In this document: positions 38,301 to 49,786 of the stretch, one piece after another
How the letters are laid out: each line of letters opens with the position of its first letter
Numbering within the stretch: the stretch's first letter is position 1
Source: Macrostomum lignano
Taxonomy: Eukaryota
Direction: 5' to 3'
DNA length: 64,000 nt
Assembly (NCBI GenBank): GCA_002269645.1
Contig: NIVC01000420.1
Coordinates: forward strand, 496,001-560,000
Translations under genes and position numbers: made by a program
The notes under the pieces: model-generated
The model's database searches: none
What the model saw: the letters and a program-made list of their open reading frames with translations, nothing else
Told to the model about the DNA's origin: nothing

Positions 38301-41300
38301 AACCTGCCGTCCAATTTACAGTGCCTTCCAAGCCTAAAACTGCCAGCCATGTACATTTCCAGTGGCGCTGGCTAATGTACATTATGACTGCACCAATAGC
38401 GCGAGTTGTTTACGTGTCTGCAAGTCACGCTTGCTGCCTTTCTTTTTTCATAAAATAGCTTACACATTCCCTCCTTGCTACTAAACTGAAACTATAGAGT
38501 AGCAGTAGCAGAGAGTTTTAACAAGCAAACATGCCTAAGTGGTCTATCTAGTCCTGTGGTATCTGTGTTGAGAATCCATCAAATTGTGCTAATTCATTTA
38601 TTAATAAATCATAACACAGGACGGCAGCAGGAGGATTATGAGCGCCAGCGATCTTAAAGTTCGATATGAAAATTTTCTATTTTATACTTTTACTTTGTTA
38701 TTCAGTAGTTGATTTTTTATTGAATCTTATAGTCAGCTAGAAAACGGCCAAATTCTTCACATACGCTGTGAGTAGCAAGTATCACAAACTAGCTTTTATC
38801 GTGTAGTAGAGGACAAAAGACGTATTCAATTTCGAATAAAATACGATTTTCAACAAGCAACTCTTTGCTCCCCCACGTAGGAGGAAGTGGACGACGAAGA
38901 GGAGGCTCAAAAGAGTCTGAGGGTAACATCAGCTTTCATTTTTTCTAAGCTAAACTGAGGTACTTGAAGACTGCATGCTAGGCGCCAACTTGTTAATCTA
39001 AGATGGCTTTCTAAGCTATCGTAGTTTTCCATATTTCAAAGAGCATGCAAATATTCGGTTCTAAGCATGCGCATGAGCAGTTAAAACCGATGATATCTTA
39101 CTGACGATATGTATAGAAAATAACTTAATAAAGGTAAAATTTTGCATGATAAAACTCAATGAATAGCAATAGAAAATTAAAAAAAATATTTCACTGCAAC
39201 ACCGGAATACGAGATGGCATGCAACTAAAAGAAGTGAATTAAAAAAATATTGATCTCTATTCAATCAATTTATCAAATTTTCCTCTCTGCTACTTGTTAC
39301 GGTACTCCGCCAACTCCTTGGTACGATGCGTCATAAAAATGCAACCCAAATAAAATTTCTTTGACCAGGCCAATCTGGCCATTCAGGAGGGCCGCCTCAG
39401 CCGCACCCGTCGCGAGCTGCGGCACGCCCAGCTGACCATGGCGGAGCGGGAGGCGGAGCTGGAGGCTGCTCAGGAGCGCTACGACACCGCGGTGGCGCAG
39501 AAGCAGACTTTGACAGCGGAAGTTGAGTTCTGCAGGAAGAAGGTGGGACAGCGAAATTTAAACTTCACCCGGTGTTCGAGGGGCGCCTAAGTAGGAATCG
39601 AGGGGCGCCTAAGTAGGAATCGAGAGGCGCCTAAGTAGGAATCGAGGGACGCCTAAGTAGGAATCGAGGGACGCCTAATTAGGAATCGAGGGGCGCCTAA
39701 TTAGGAATCGAGGGGCGCCTAATTTTGAATCGAGGGACGGCTAATTAGGAATCGAGGGGCGCCTAATTAGGAATCGAGGGACGCCTAATGAGGAATCGAG
39801 GGGCGCCTAATTAGGAATCGAGGGACGCCTAAATAGGAAACGAGGGCCGTCTAATTAGGAATCAAGGGATGCCTAATTATGAATCGAGGGACGCCTAAAT
39901 ATGAATCGAAGGACATCTAATTAGGAATCGAGAAGCGCCTAATTATGAATCGAGAAGCGCCTAATTATGAATCTAGGGACGCCTAATTAGGAATCTAGGG
40001 ACGTCTAATAAAGAATATAGTAGCGCCTAATTAGGAATCGAGGGGCGTCGCTGACAAGCCTGTTTCACTCCATTCAGGTGCACAACGCCACGGCACTAAT
40101 CGAAGGCCTGTCAGCCGAGCGCATCCGCTGGACCGAGGCCAGCAAAGGCCTGGAAACGCTGCGCCATCGGTTGCTAGGCGACACTCTCCTAGCAACGGCA
40201 TTTGTAGCCTACGGCGGACCATTGACAACCGAGTTCAGGGAGCTGGCAGTTCGAGCTTGGAAAAAGGAATTAATGCTGGATAAAATTATTTTCACCGATG
40301 TGAGTTTCATTTATTAATGAGAGGGGCTGATTTTATCTGAGCTATCCGTGTGTGCATAACATGAGACAAGAATTATCAAAGCATCATCAAAGCTAGGGGT
40401 GAGAGATTTACCCAAGGAGGGTTAAGGTTGGAGCAGCTCGTTCGACTCTCGCTTCATAGTAGCCCCTGGTTCGATTCCGTTTGAACACCCACTCACCCTC
40501 CCACTCACCCTCTCACTGACCCTCCCACTCACATTCCCACTCACCCTCTCACTGACCCTCCCACTGACCCTCCCACTGACCCTCCCACTGACCCTCTCAC
40601 TGACCCTCTCACTGACCCTCTCACTGACCCTCCCACTGACCCTCTCACTGACCCTCTCACTGACCCTCCCACTGACCCTCCCACTCACCCTCCCACTCAC
40701 CCTCCCACTCACCCTCTCACTGACCCTCTCACTGACCCTCCCACTGACCCTCTCACAGACCCTCCCACTGACCCTCCCACTCACCCTCTCACTGACCCTC
40801 TCACTGACCCTCTCACAGACCCTCCCACTGACCCTCCCACTGACCCTCTCACTGACCCTCTCACTGACCCTCTCACTGACCCTCCCACTGACCCTCCCAC
40901 TCACCCTCTCACTGACCCTCGCATTGACCCTCCTCTTGACCCTCTCACTGACCCTCCTACTGACCCTCCCACTCACCCCTCCCACTGACTGCTTGCCTGG
41001 GTCCACAGAGGGCTATGGATCACCATGGATGCAATCCGGCTCCATCTTCAGGAGCCGAGCGCTCTGGTCTCCGCTTTGGTCGACCCGACCAGCCAGGACG
41101 AGTGGCGCCTCCTTGGCCTGCCCGGCGACGATTCCTCGGCTCAGAGCGCGCTGGTTGTCAGTCGGCAGGCGGCTGCGGGTCGCTGGCCGCTCCTGGTGGA
41201 TCCGCACGGTCTCGGGCGCACCTGGCTGCGCAGCTGTCTCGAACAGCGGCACCGAGGCCCGGTGACCATCACTGCGCCAAGTCTTCGAGGCTTCCGCGCC

Positions 41301-44300
41301 GCCCTGGAGGAGGCCGCCACCGCCGGCAGGCCAATCATTGTCGAGGACGTCGGCGGCGGGCGGCTGCATCCGCTGCTGGCCGGCCTCCTGGCCACCGCAG
41401 CCGCCCTCGTCGGTCGCATCCGAATCGGCGAGAAACTCGTCGACGTGGCCGACGGTTTCCAGCTCTACCTGACTTGCCGACAGGCCGCCCCGGCGCACCC
41501 TGCCGATGTCCACGCGCTGACGGCTGTCGTGGACTTCGGCGTGACGCCCGGAGGACTTGAGGAGCGGCTGCTGGACACGGTGGCCGAGGCTGAGAAGCCG
41601 GAGCAGGAGGCTGAGCGAGCCAAGCTGCTGGCCGAGGCCGGGCAGCAGCGTCGCCGACTTGAGCAGCTCGAGGAGGGCCTGCTGCGCCGGCTGAGCGACA
41701 CCGACGGCGCTCTCGTCGATGACGCCTCGCTAGTTGAAGTTCTCCGAGAGGCCAAGCAGGCCTCCGAGGAGGCTCGCGAGCGACTGTCGGCGGCCACAGA
41801 AGGCGAGGCCCGACTGTGCCGAGCCCGCGAGGAGCTGCGCCCGGTGGCGTCTCGGGGCCGCCTGCTGTACTGCCTGGTGGCGGACCTGGCCCTGCTCAGC
41901 CCGATGTACTCGCAGTCGCTCGACCTGTTCCTGCGGCACTACCGAGCCAGCCTGGCCGAGGCGGTCAAATCGCCGATCGCTCTGCGCCGCATCGCCAACC
42001 TGATTGACAGCTTGACTCGACGAGTCTATCGAGCCACGTCGCGCGGCCTCTACGCCGCAGACCGGGCCGCCTACAGCCTGCTGCTGGCGCTGCGGCTGCA
42101 GACGGCGTCTGGTCACGTGCGGCCGGACGAACTGGACGTTCTGCTGCGTGCCGGAGCCGATGTTGACGCCAGCGAAGTCGGCGTCAAGCCGCAACGCCGG
42201 TGGCTCTCTGACGCCGTTTGGCTGAACGCACACGCCCTGAGCCGACTGGCGCACTTCAGCCTCATCGTCGATCAGCTCACCAACAATGAACGCGCCTGGC
42301 GCGCCTGGTACGAGGAGGAGACGCCAGAGCTGGCCGACCCGCCTGACGGATACGCTCGGCTCGGCGCCTTCCACCGCCTGCTGCTGGTCCGCTGCCTGGC
42401 CCCGGAGCGAACACCCGCGATGGCTGCCCGCTACGTCAGCGAGACGCTCGGCCCGAGCTTTGCCGACGAGTCCGCCGACACGTCGGGAAGCGGCGGCGGA
42501 GGCGGCCTGGAGGCGCTGGCAGAGGAGGCTGGACAAAGGCGAGCTCCGCTGCTCTGCCTGCTGGCGCCAGGCTGCGGGGACCCCGTGACGGATGGGGTCG
42601 AGCGACTGGCGCGTCGGCAGGGCGTGCCGTGCTCGGTGGTGGCTCTGGGTCGCTGCGAGCAGCAGCAGCAGCAGCAGCAGCATCAGACGCATTCGCAGCA
42701 GCATCCGACGCATTCGCAGCAGCAGCAGCAGCCAAGCAACACTCTGGGCGAGGTCCTCGCCCGTCGGCTGCTGCACTCGGCGATCACTGAAGGTCGCTGG
42801 CTGGTGCTGCAGAATCTGCACCTGTGCAGCGCCGCCTTTCTCGACGAGCTCAGCGACACCCTGGCCGCTTGGTCGGCGGCCGCCGCAGCTGCTAGCGCCG
42901 CCTCAGGCAACAGCGGCGGCGGTGTCGGTGGCAGCGGCGCTGGGACTGGCGGCGCTTCATCCACATCCGCCCCGATGTCGGGCGAGACTTCCGCGGCAGC
43001 TGCGGCATCGGCGGCCGCCACGGCTGCCGGCGGCGATGTCGTCATAGCAACCGCGGCGGCGGCCTTGGCGTCGGCGGCGGCAGCCGTCAGCAGCGGCACC
43101 GGAGGCTCGGCAGGTGGCGGCGGCGGCGGGGTCGACGGTCAGCTGGAGGGCGGAGTCGTTAGCGGCGGCGGCATCGGCGGCTTCCGCTGCTGGCTGACCT
43201 CGGAGCCGCTCCAAGCTTCTGCGGCCGCCGGCTTTCCCGCCGCTCTGATTGGCGGCTCGCTGAAGTTCACCGCCGACCAGCCGGCCAGCGTCAGGGCCGG
43301 GCTGGCGCGCACCTTCGCCCAGATCGGCGCCGAGCAACTGGAGTCCAACGGGACGCCGCAGTGGCGCCCGATGCTGTTCTGCGCGGCATTTCTCCACGCC
43401 GCCGTCAACGCCCGCCTGTGCTTCGGCGCCGTCGGCTGGTCAGCGGAGCCTCGACTGTCGCCGACGGATCTCGGCGCCGCGCTGCAGGCCCTGCAGAATC
43501 ACCTGGATGAGGTCGATGCTCGCCGTGGCGTCGCTTGGCCAGCGGTCCGACACATGATCGGTGAGGTCGCTTTCGGTGGACGATTCCTCGACGACTGGGA
43601 CCGCCGCCTGCTGAGCGTGTACTGCCGCCTGTGGCTGACGGAGTCCCTGCTGACCGACAGCTTCCAGTTCGCTCGCGGTGGCTACCGGCTGCCGCGGTGT
43701 CGCAACGTCGACGAGTTTCGAGCCTTCGTTGAAGCGCTTCCTGCGATTGACACGCCAGAGACCTTCGGACTGCACGCCAATGCGGATGTTGGGTGAGCGG
43801 CTGCGTGTGCGCCCACTGACCCTCCCCTGACCTTCCACTGACCCTCCCCTGACCTTCCACTGACCCTTCCCCAGACCTTGCACTGACCCTCCCCTGACCT
43901 TCCACTGACCCTCCTCTGACTTTTCACTGACCCTTCCCTGACCTTTCACTGACCCTTCCCCAGACCTTGCACTGTACTGACCCTTTCCCTAACCTTCCAC
44001 TGACCCTCTCCTGATCTTCTTCTGACCCTCTCCTAATCTTCCTCTGACCCTTTCCCTGACCTTCCACTGACCCTTCCCCTGACCTTCCACTGACCTTTAC
44101 ACTGACCCTCCCCTGATTTCCCACTGAACCATTCACTGAGCCACCTACCCATCTAGATGCAGAATCTGCCCTTGTACATCCTTGATGATGCGTTAGTCAT
44201 GCCTTCTGTACACCCTGTGTGAGCGTGTGCTTGCGTACGTAACTGTGTTTCGCTAGCCCCATGCAAGCTCACTAAAAACTTCCGTAAACCCTTCCATCCT

Positions 44301-46158
44301 TCCAGCTGCCAGAGGGTCAGAGCGAATGCCATATTAGAGTCGGTTTGCCTGATGCAGCACTATCCGCCAAGCCAGCGACTGTCGGGGCTGGCTGACAGGC
44401 GCTCCATCGCGGACATCAGCGAGGATGTGCTGGGAAAGCTGCCGGACGAGTTCGGACCCACGGAGGTAATCCGACACACTTTAACACTGCCGCAAATCCA
44501 GGCCACAGAGGCCTTCCATTCCATCAAAGTATCACCGATCCCATCAAAGTATCATTGATCCCATCAAAGTATCACCGATCCCATCAAAGTATCCCCGATC
44601 CCATCAAAGTATCATTGATCCCATCAAAGTATCCCCGATCTCATCAAAGTATCATTAATCTCATCAAAGTATCCCCGATCCCATCAAAGTATCATTAATC
44701 TCATCAAAGTATCACCGATCCCATCAAAGTATCATTGATCCCATCAAGCACCGACTATCTCAGCTGACGTCACTCCTCCAACATCCACATCCGCATTCCA
44801 CATCTCAGATTCGCGACCGTCTCCGCAAGCTGGATCATCAGCAGCGCCCGCTGAACGTCTTCCTGCGCACCGAGCTCAACCGAATGCACCGTCTGCTAAC
44901 CGCAGCCCTCGCCGATCTGGCCGCCTTGGCCGCCTCATCCGAGGACGTCATCGAAGCAGCCGAATTGGTAGACCTGCCGGACACTCTTCTGGACGTGCTG
45001 GAGGCCCTTCGCGAGCTCCGGGTGCCAACTCGATGGCTGCGACTCGCCTGGGAGGAGGAGTCGCCGTCGGAATCCGTTGAGTCGCCAGGTGGCCTCGCTG
45101 TCTGGCTGACGGACCTTCGCGAGCGTCACGCTCAGCTTCGCTCATGGCTGGTTGAGGGCCGGCCGCCTGCGGCGCACTGGCTGGCGGGCTACTTCAGGCC
45201 TGCGGCGTTTCTTGTCGCCCTTCGACAGGAGGCCGTCAGGGCGAGGCGCGGATGGTCGCTGGAGACGGTGCATCTCGCCAGCGATGTCACCCGGCTGTCT
45301 AAGTGAGTACAGGAATTCTTAGACGGGGAATTCTAAGACGGGGAATTCTAAGACGGGGAATTCTAAGACGTGGAATTCTAAGACGGGAATTCTAATTCTA
45401 AGACGGGGTATTCTAAGACGGGGAATTCTAAGACGTGGAATTCTAAGACGGGAATTCTAATTCTAAGACGGGGAATTCTAAGACGGGGAATTCCTATACG
45501 GGGAATTCTAAGACGGGGTATTCTAAGACGGGGAATTCTAAGACGGAGAATTCTATGACGGGGAATTCTAAGACGGGGAATTCTAAGACGGGGAATTCTA
45601 AGACGGAGAATTCTAAGACGGGGAATTCTAATACGTGGAATTTTAAGACGGGAATTCTAATTCTAAGACGGGGAATTCTAAGACGGGAATTCTAATTCTA
45701 AGACGGGGAATTCTAAGACGGGGAATTCTAACACGGGGGATTCTAAGACGGGGAATTCCTATACGGGGAATTCTAAAAGTGTCCCAAAACCCTGTCCCCG
45801 CAGAGAGGAGGCCCACGCTGCACCACCAGACGGCGCCTTCGTCCACGGTCTTGTCCTGGACGGCGCAGGCTGGGATCGCAGGAACAGCCGGCTGACGGAG
45901 GCCGCCCCCAAGGCCGGGCCGGTGCAGCTGCCCCTGGTGCACCTGTTCGCCGTGTGCAGCAGCGGCGGCGGTGGAGCGGGCGGAGCTGGCGGAGGTTCGG
46001 GCGCGGGTTCAACGGGACTGTACGAGTGCCCGGTGTACACCCGCTCTGAGCGGGGTCAGAAGCGTCAGCTGTGCTGCCTGCAGCTGCGCAGTCAGCGCGA
46101 TCCGGAGCACTGGACGCTCAGAGGGGTTGCGGCTGTGCTCGGCGATGCTGCAAAATGA
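14338..46158 (+). CDS. DNAH5: Axonemal outer-arm dynein heavy chain, DNAH5/DNAH8 class (divergent), 34 exons, about 4957 aa
   Basis: Exons 14338-14374, 16742-16773, 16861-16986, 17721-17735, 17873-18037, 18127-18180, 18418-18796, 19282-19447, 19715-21076, 21219-21370, 21601-21808, 22325-23231, 23315-23395, 23682-24205, 24873-25463, 25632-26202, 26292-26510, 29027-29314, 29457-29798, 30514-30702, 31176-31492, 31652-31963, 32062-32420, 32836-33089, 33706-35463, 35588-36157, 36414-36995, 37340-37507, 39369-39542, 40078-40299, 41052-43792, 44306-44465, 44809-45302, 45804-46158; total 14874 nt, all phases compatible. Motifs: [19 protein letters not shown]-loops [32 protein letters not shown]; Walker B CLDEFNR; [21 protein letters not shown]; C-terminal [12 protein letters not shown]5 versus DNAH8 not resolved; the first four small exons are less certain. 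Confidence 0.92.
14429..16661. repeat. 21/23-bp satellite (GTATCGGAGTGACTAT[CAT|TAT|CAC]..TA)n in dynein intron 1
   Basis: Read directly; mixed 21- and 23-bp units with embedded palindromes. Confidence 0.95.
17063..17440. repeat. 14-bp minisatellite (GGGACTGTGATTCA)n in dynein intron 3
   Basis: Read directly; GGGACTAGGATTTA variants. Confidence 0.92.
26562..28990. repeat. 33-bp minisatellite, about 73 copies, in dynein intron 17
   Basis: GGAGAGGCAGATTCTCAGGCACTGAGGGAGAGC units without indels; accounts for the three long repetitive ORFs. Confidence 0.97.
29880..30330. repeat. 24-bp minisatellite (GAGCAACATGATTTGTTGTTTATT)n in dynein intron 19
   Basis: Perfect core at about 30081-30260 with degenerate flanks. 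Confidence 0.9.
30810..31071 (-). mobile_element. tRNA-derived CORE-SINE-like element in dynein intron 20
   Basis: Minus strand reads GGCGGCTGCAGCTTAGTGGTTAGAGCGTTGGACTCGCGATTG (A-box, tRNA-like head; no clear B-box), then TGTGTCCTTGAGCAGGACACCTAACTCTGCATTGCTTCAGTTCACCCAGCTGTAAAATGGG, resembling the MIR/CORE domain. The 3' end is approximate. Confidence 0.6.
32509..32826. repeat. 30-bp minisatellite (CATGCGTGATGCCCTCCGATCCCTCCATTC)n, about 10.5 copies, dynein intron 23
   Basis: Read directly. Confidence 0.93.
39576..40047. repeat. 22-bp minisatellite (GAATCGAGGGGCGCCTAATTAG)n, about 21 copies, dynein intron 29
   Basis: Read directly. Confidence 0.93.
40488..40990. repeat. 12-bp minisatellite (CACTGACCCTC[C/T])n in dynein intron 30
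   Basis: Read directly; the plus strand has almost no AG dinucleotide. Confidence 0.93.
43812..44140. repeat. ~22-bp (2x11) CACTGACCCTCCCCTGACCTTC minisatellite in dynein intron 31
   Basis: Read directly; shares the CACTGACCCTC core with the 40488-40990 array. Confidence 0.85.
44518..44747. repeat. 20-bp minisatellite (CCCATCAAAGTATCACCGAT)n, about 11 copies, dynein intron 32
   Basis: Read directly; same unit as 54118-55068. Confidence 0.93.
45312..45776. repeat. 15-bp minisatellite (GGGGAATTCTAAGAC)n filling dynein intron 33
   Basis: Read directly. Confidence 0.93.
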
Positions 46159-46272
46159 ACACCAGAAAATTACGAGCGTAAAATTAAAACAAAATAAAAA
46201 CTTTTACTTTGCATTCCTAAGACTCAAACTCGTTTTTAAAAAATCAGATTCCAGTCTAGAGAAATGAGATAT

Positions 46273-46432
46273 TCTTAGAAAACTGATATTCTCTTTTAAT
46301 TTGTTAAAATAATGTAATCAACCATTTTCAAACAAAAAATTTAACAGTCTTAGAAAATTGATATTCTGTTTTAATTTGTTAAAATAATGTAATCAACCAT
46401 TTTCAAACAAAAAATGTAACAGTCTTAGAAAA
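46273..46432. repeat. 75-bp AT-rich direct duplication downstream of the dynein stop codon
   Basis: TCTTAGAAAA.TGATATTCT... recurs at 46273, 46348 and 46423. Confidence 0.8.
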
Positions 46433-47113
46433 CAAGATTCAATTATTGAAAATCGAGATTACAATAATTGTGTTTCTAAAAAATACTAAATTCGCAAAAA
46501 CAAAAATAATAAAAAGTGATATGTAAATTTACATGGATTCTAAGAAAGCGGAGTTATTTTTGTGTTTTAAATAACTATTTAGCCAAGATTTGTTTTTGTT
46601 TTTTTTATCTATGCAGAAAAAGAATTAAACTTAAATCTTAATTTGTGTTTTTTCAGATTTCTAATTCAACTCACCGTTTGAAAGTTTTTTCTTAATCCGA
46701 AAATGATTAAAGAGTTGCCATAAAAATAGAAATAGAATCTTTGTATTCAACTTGGATATACTCACTCTTCAGTGAAAAAAAATAGAATATTTTTCGAACC
46801 CGTTAATTAACTCCACCTTGTAGGTCTTTGATAGACTGGCTATATTAGTCTTAATATAGCGATAAACATAGAATTGCTGAGGTCATTGCTGGCTTGTGAT
46901 TATATTCTCTTTGATAATTATTTCCTCATACGCTCGAATTCCGTAATTCAGGGAGGCGACTTCCTCTTCACTGTCTGATTTTCTTAGAACTTGCGACTCC
47001 GTTCAGAAGGAAGCTTTACTTCCTTTGAGCAGAAGTGGAGAGAGGGATGGCTGAGGGATGAATTTTTCTAAGGTTTGCTTGCAGCTTGAAGCTCAAATCC
47101 AATAAACTACATG

Positions 47114-48126
47114 CCTCCCAGATCCTCAGTTGCTGGGCCAGCCTCCCAGATCCTCAGTTGCTGGGCCAGCCTCCCAGATCCTCAATTGCTGGGCCAGCCT
47201 CCCAGATCCTCAATTGCTGGGCCAGCCTCCCAGATCCTCAATTGCTGGGCCAGCCTCCCAGATCCTCAATTGCTGGGCCAGCCTCCCAGATCCTCAATTG
47301 CTGGGCCAGCCTCCCAGATCCTCAGTTGCTGGGCCAGCCTCCCAGATCCTCAGTTGCTGGGCCAGCCTCCCAGATCCTCAGTTGCTGGGCCAGCCTCCCA
47401 GATCCTCAGTTGCTGGGCCAGCCTCCCAGATCCTCAGTTGCTGGGCCAGCCTCCCAGATCCTCAATTGCTGGGCCAGCCTCCCAGATCCTCAGTTGCTGG
47501 GCCAGCCTCCCAGATCCTCAGTTGCTGGGCCAGCCTCCCAGATCCTCAGTTGCTGAGCCAGCCTCCCAGATCCTCAATTGCTGGGCCAGCCTCCCAGATC
47601 CTCAGTTGCTGGGCCAGCCTCCCAGATCCTCAGTTGCTGGGCCAGCCTCCCAGATCCTCAGTTGCTGGGCCAGCCTCCCAGATCCTCAGTTGCTGGGCCA
47701 GCCTCCCAGATCCTCAGTTGCTGGGCCAGCCTCCCAGATCCTCAATTGCTGGGCCAGCCTCCCAGATCCTCAGTTGCTGGGCCAGCCTCCCAGATCCTCA
47801 GTTGCTGGGCCAGCCTCCCAGATCCTCAGTTGCTGGGTGAGCTTCCCAGATACTCAGTTGCTGGGCCGGCCTCCCAGATCCTCAGTTGCTGGGCCAGCCT
47901 CCCAGATCCTCAGTTTCTGGGCCAGCCTCCCAGATCCTCAGTTGCTGAGCCAGCCTCCCAGATCCTCAGTTGCTGAGCCAGCCTCCCAGATCCTCAGTTG
48001 CTGGGTGAGCTTCCCAGATCCTCAGTTGCTGGGCCAGCCTCCCAGATCCTCAATTGCTGGGCCAGCCTCCCAGATCCTCAGTTGCTGAGCCAGCCTCCCA
48101 GATCCCCAGTTGCTGAGCCGGCCTCC
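47114..48126. repeat. 28-bp minisatellite (CCTCCCAGATCCTCAGTTGCTGGGCCAG)n, about 36 copies, intergenic
   Basis: Read directly. Confidence 0.96.
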
Positions 48127-48532
48127 TTCATTTTAGATTTAATTTTAGCCAAGCAAATTAAATTTTATAAGCTACCAACAGACGTGCAACACGCAGACAC
48201 GAAAGTCGAGTTAAGCGTGCTTGCCGGAGGCTCTGTTGCATACAAAAAATTTCCCGAACTGACTGGGTGTCCCCTCATGTCTCACCCGTCAGTCAGTTTC
48301 TGAGTTTCTCAGCTGGTAAAGCAATTTACTTGGCCAGGAAATCTGCAATTTCATCGGCCACTCCCAATGCTCGCTTGTCGTTGTTGTTACGTAATCAAAA
48401 TTTGCAAACTCGAAGTGAAAAGTAAACGCTGGAATTCCCTCGAGCAGCATCGGGTTATGAGAAAAAGCTGAGAGAGAGAGAGCTGTGGTATTAGGGGGGT
48501 CAGGGCGAGACTTGTTGTTGTTCAAGTGGCGC

Positions 48533-48538
<6 letters not shown>

Positions 48539-48588
<50 letters not shown>
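48539..48588. repeat. (CT)25 microsatellite
   Basis: Read directly. Confidence 0.95.
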
Positions 48589-48591
<3 letters not shown>

Positions 48592-48879
48592 CAGCTCGCA
48601 TTAGTCTCCATCATTTTTGTCGAGTTTTGTTCGCGTCGTACAGCAAGAGTTTCGGAGTAATAATACTGCTACGAACTACACGTAGAGATCTGTGCTTTTT
48701 TGCGTTTTTTAAGTTAAAATATTACTGATCATGGCAGCGCCAGAACCAATGCAAACTTATTGCACTGCTGAGGGAAGAGGTTGCTCGTAGAGGGAGGGTT
48801 TTGGGCGGAGAGATTCACGCTTTGATATAGATTGAGAGATTCTAAGCGTTAAGGAGTCAGATAGTGGATATTGAGAGAT

Positions 48880-49160
48880 AAGAGGCGAGATGGGAACAGA
48901 GTGAGAGGAAGAGGGGAACAGAGAGAGAGAGAGGGAGAGAGGGGGAGGGGAAGAGGGAGAGAGGGAGAGAGGAAGAGAGGGGAGAGGGGGAGAGGGGGAG
49001 AGGAGGAAAGGGAGAGGGAGAGAGGGAGAGAGGGATATAGGGAGAGAGGTAGAGAGGGAGAGAGGGAGAGGGGGAGAGGGAGAGAGGGGGAGAGGGAGAG
49101 AGAGAGAGAGGGAGAGAGGGAAAGAGAGGGAGAGAGGGAGAGAGGGGGAGGGGATGAAGC
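48880..49160. repeat. GA-rich low-complexity tract
   Basis: Purine-only stretch read directly. Confidence 0.85.
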
Positions 49161-49569
49161 GTGAGCGGGCCAGCGCAGAGACTGGCAGACAAGCACTAGT
49201 TAGGTAGGTTAGATTGAATCGAGCAGAAGACAGGGGAAAATTTAAAGATGATGGAACAGAGTAAATAACGGAGGGGGCACAGAGCTGGACAAGCAGCATG
49301 GGAGCGGGTGAGAGCCGTTTAGAACAGCTTCAGAGATTATTGTTAAACAGCGACTGTTGAACGCAGCTACTTATTACGCAAAGCCCGGCCATTACAAAAA
49401 CAATTGCGCCCCTGGCACTGTAAAAGCCAGAATTGATTTGCCGACTGAGAGAGCATCATCATAAAACTGCTGCAGGCAAATTATAAAAATGCGGCCCAGT
49501 CTGCGGAGAAGCCGGCATACTCTGAAGTTTCTCTCACGGTGGGGGACGGCGAGTGCGAAGGCCCGACGC

Positions 49570-49786
49570 CATTGGCTGGAAGCTCTCAGCCAATGAGAAT
49601 CGAGCAGTAGACTAGCATCGTAAATAGTGATGTTCTGACGTTCCGACATGAAGCAGAGCTTCAAGCAGGCCTCTAAAAGATATTATACTAGTTTTAGACT
49701 TTAGATCTCGGCTACTGCATATAAGTTTTACCACACGCATGATGAATGCCCGTGTTTTTGTCTAAATAATTTTGCTGCTAGCTTAG
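49570..49786 (+). promoter_or_regulatory. Twin inverted CCAAT boxes and putative protocadherin 5'UTR exon end
   Basis: CATTGGCTG (49570-49578) and CAGCCAATG (49587-49595), about 190 bp before a strong TAG|GTAAGT donor at 49787. Confidence 0.35.

Noticed and set aside
41013-43949. Multiple long antisense and alternative-frame ORFs over the large dynein exon
   Set aside because: Expected by-product of very GC-rich coding sequence with few stop codons; no recognisable domains.
47086-48303. Repetitive ORFs and possible CRISPR-like array
   Set aside because: Head-to-tail 28-bp units with no unique spacers, no cas genes, eukaryotic context. The same applies to all other arrays.
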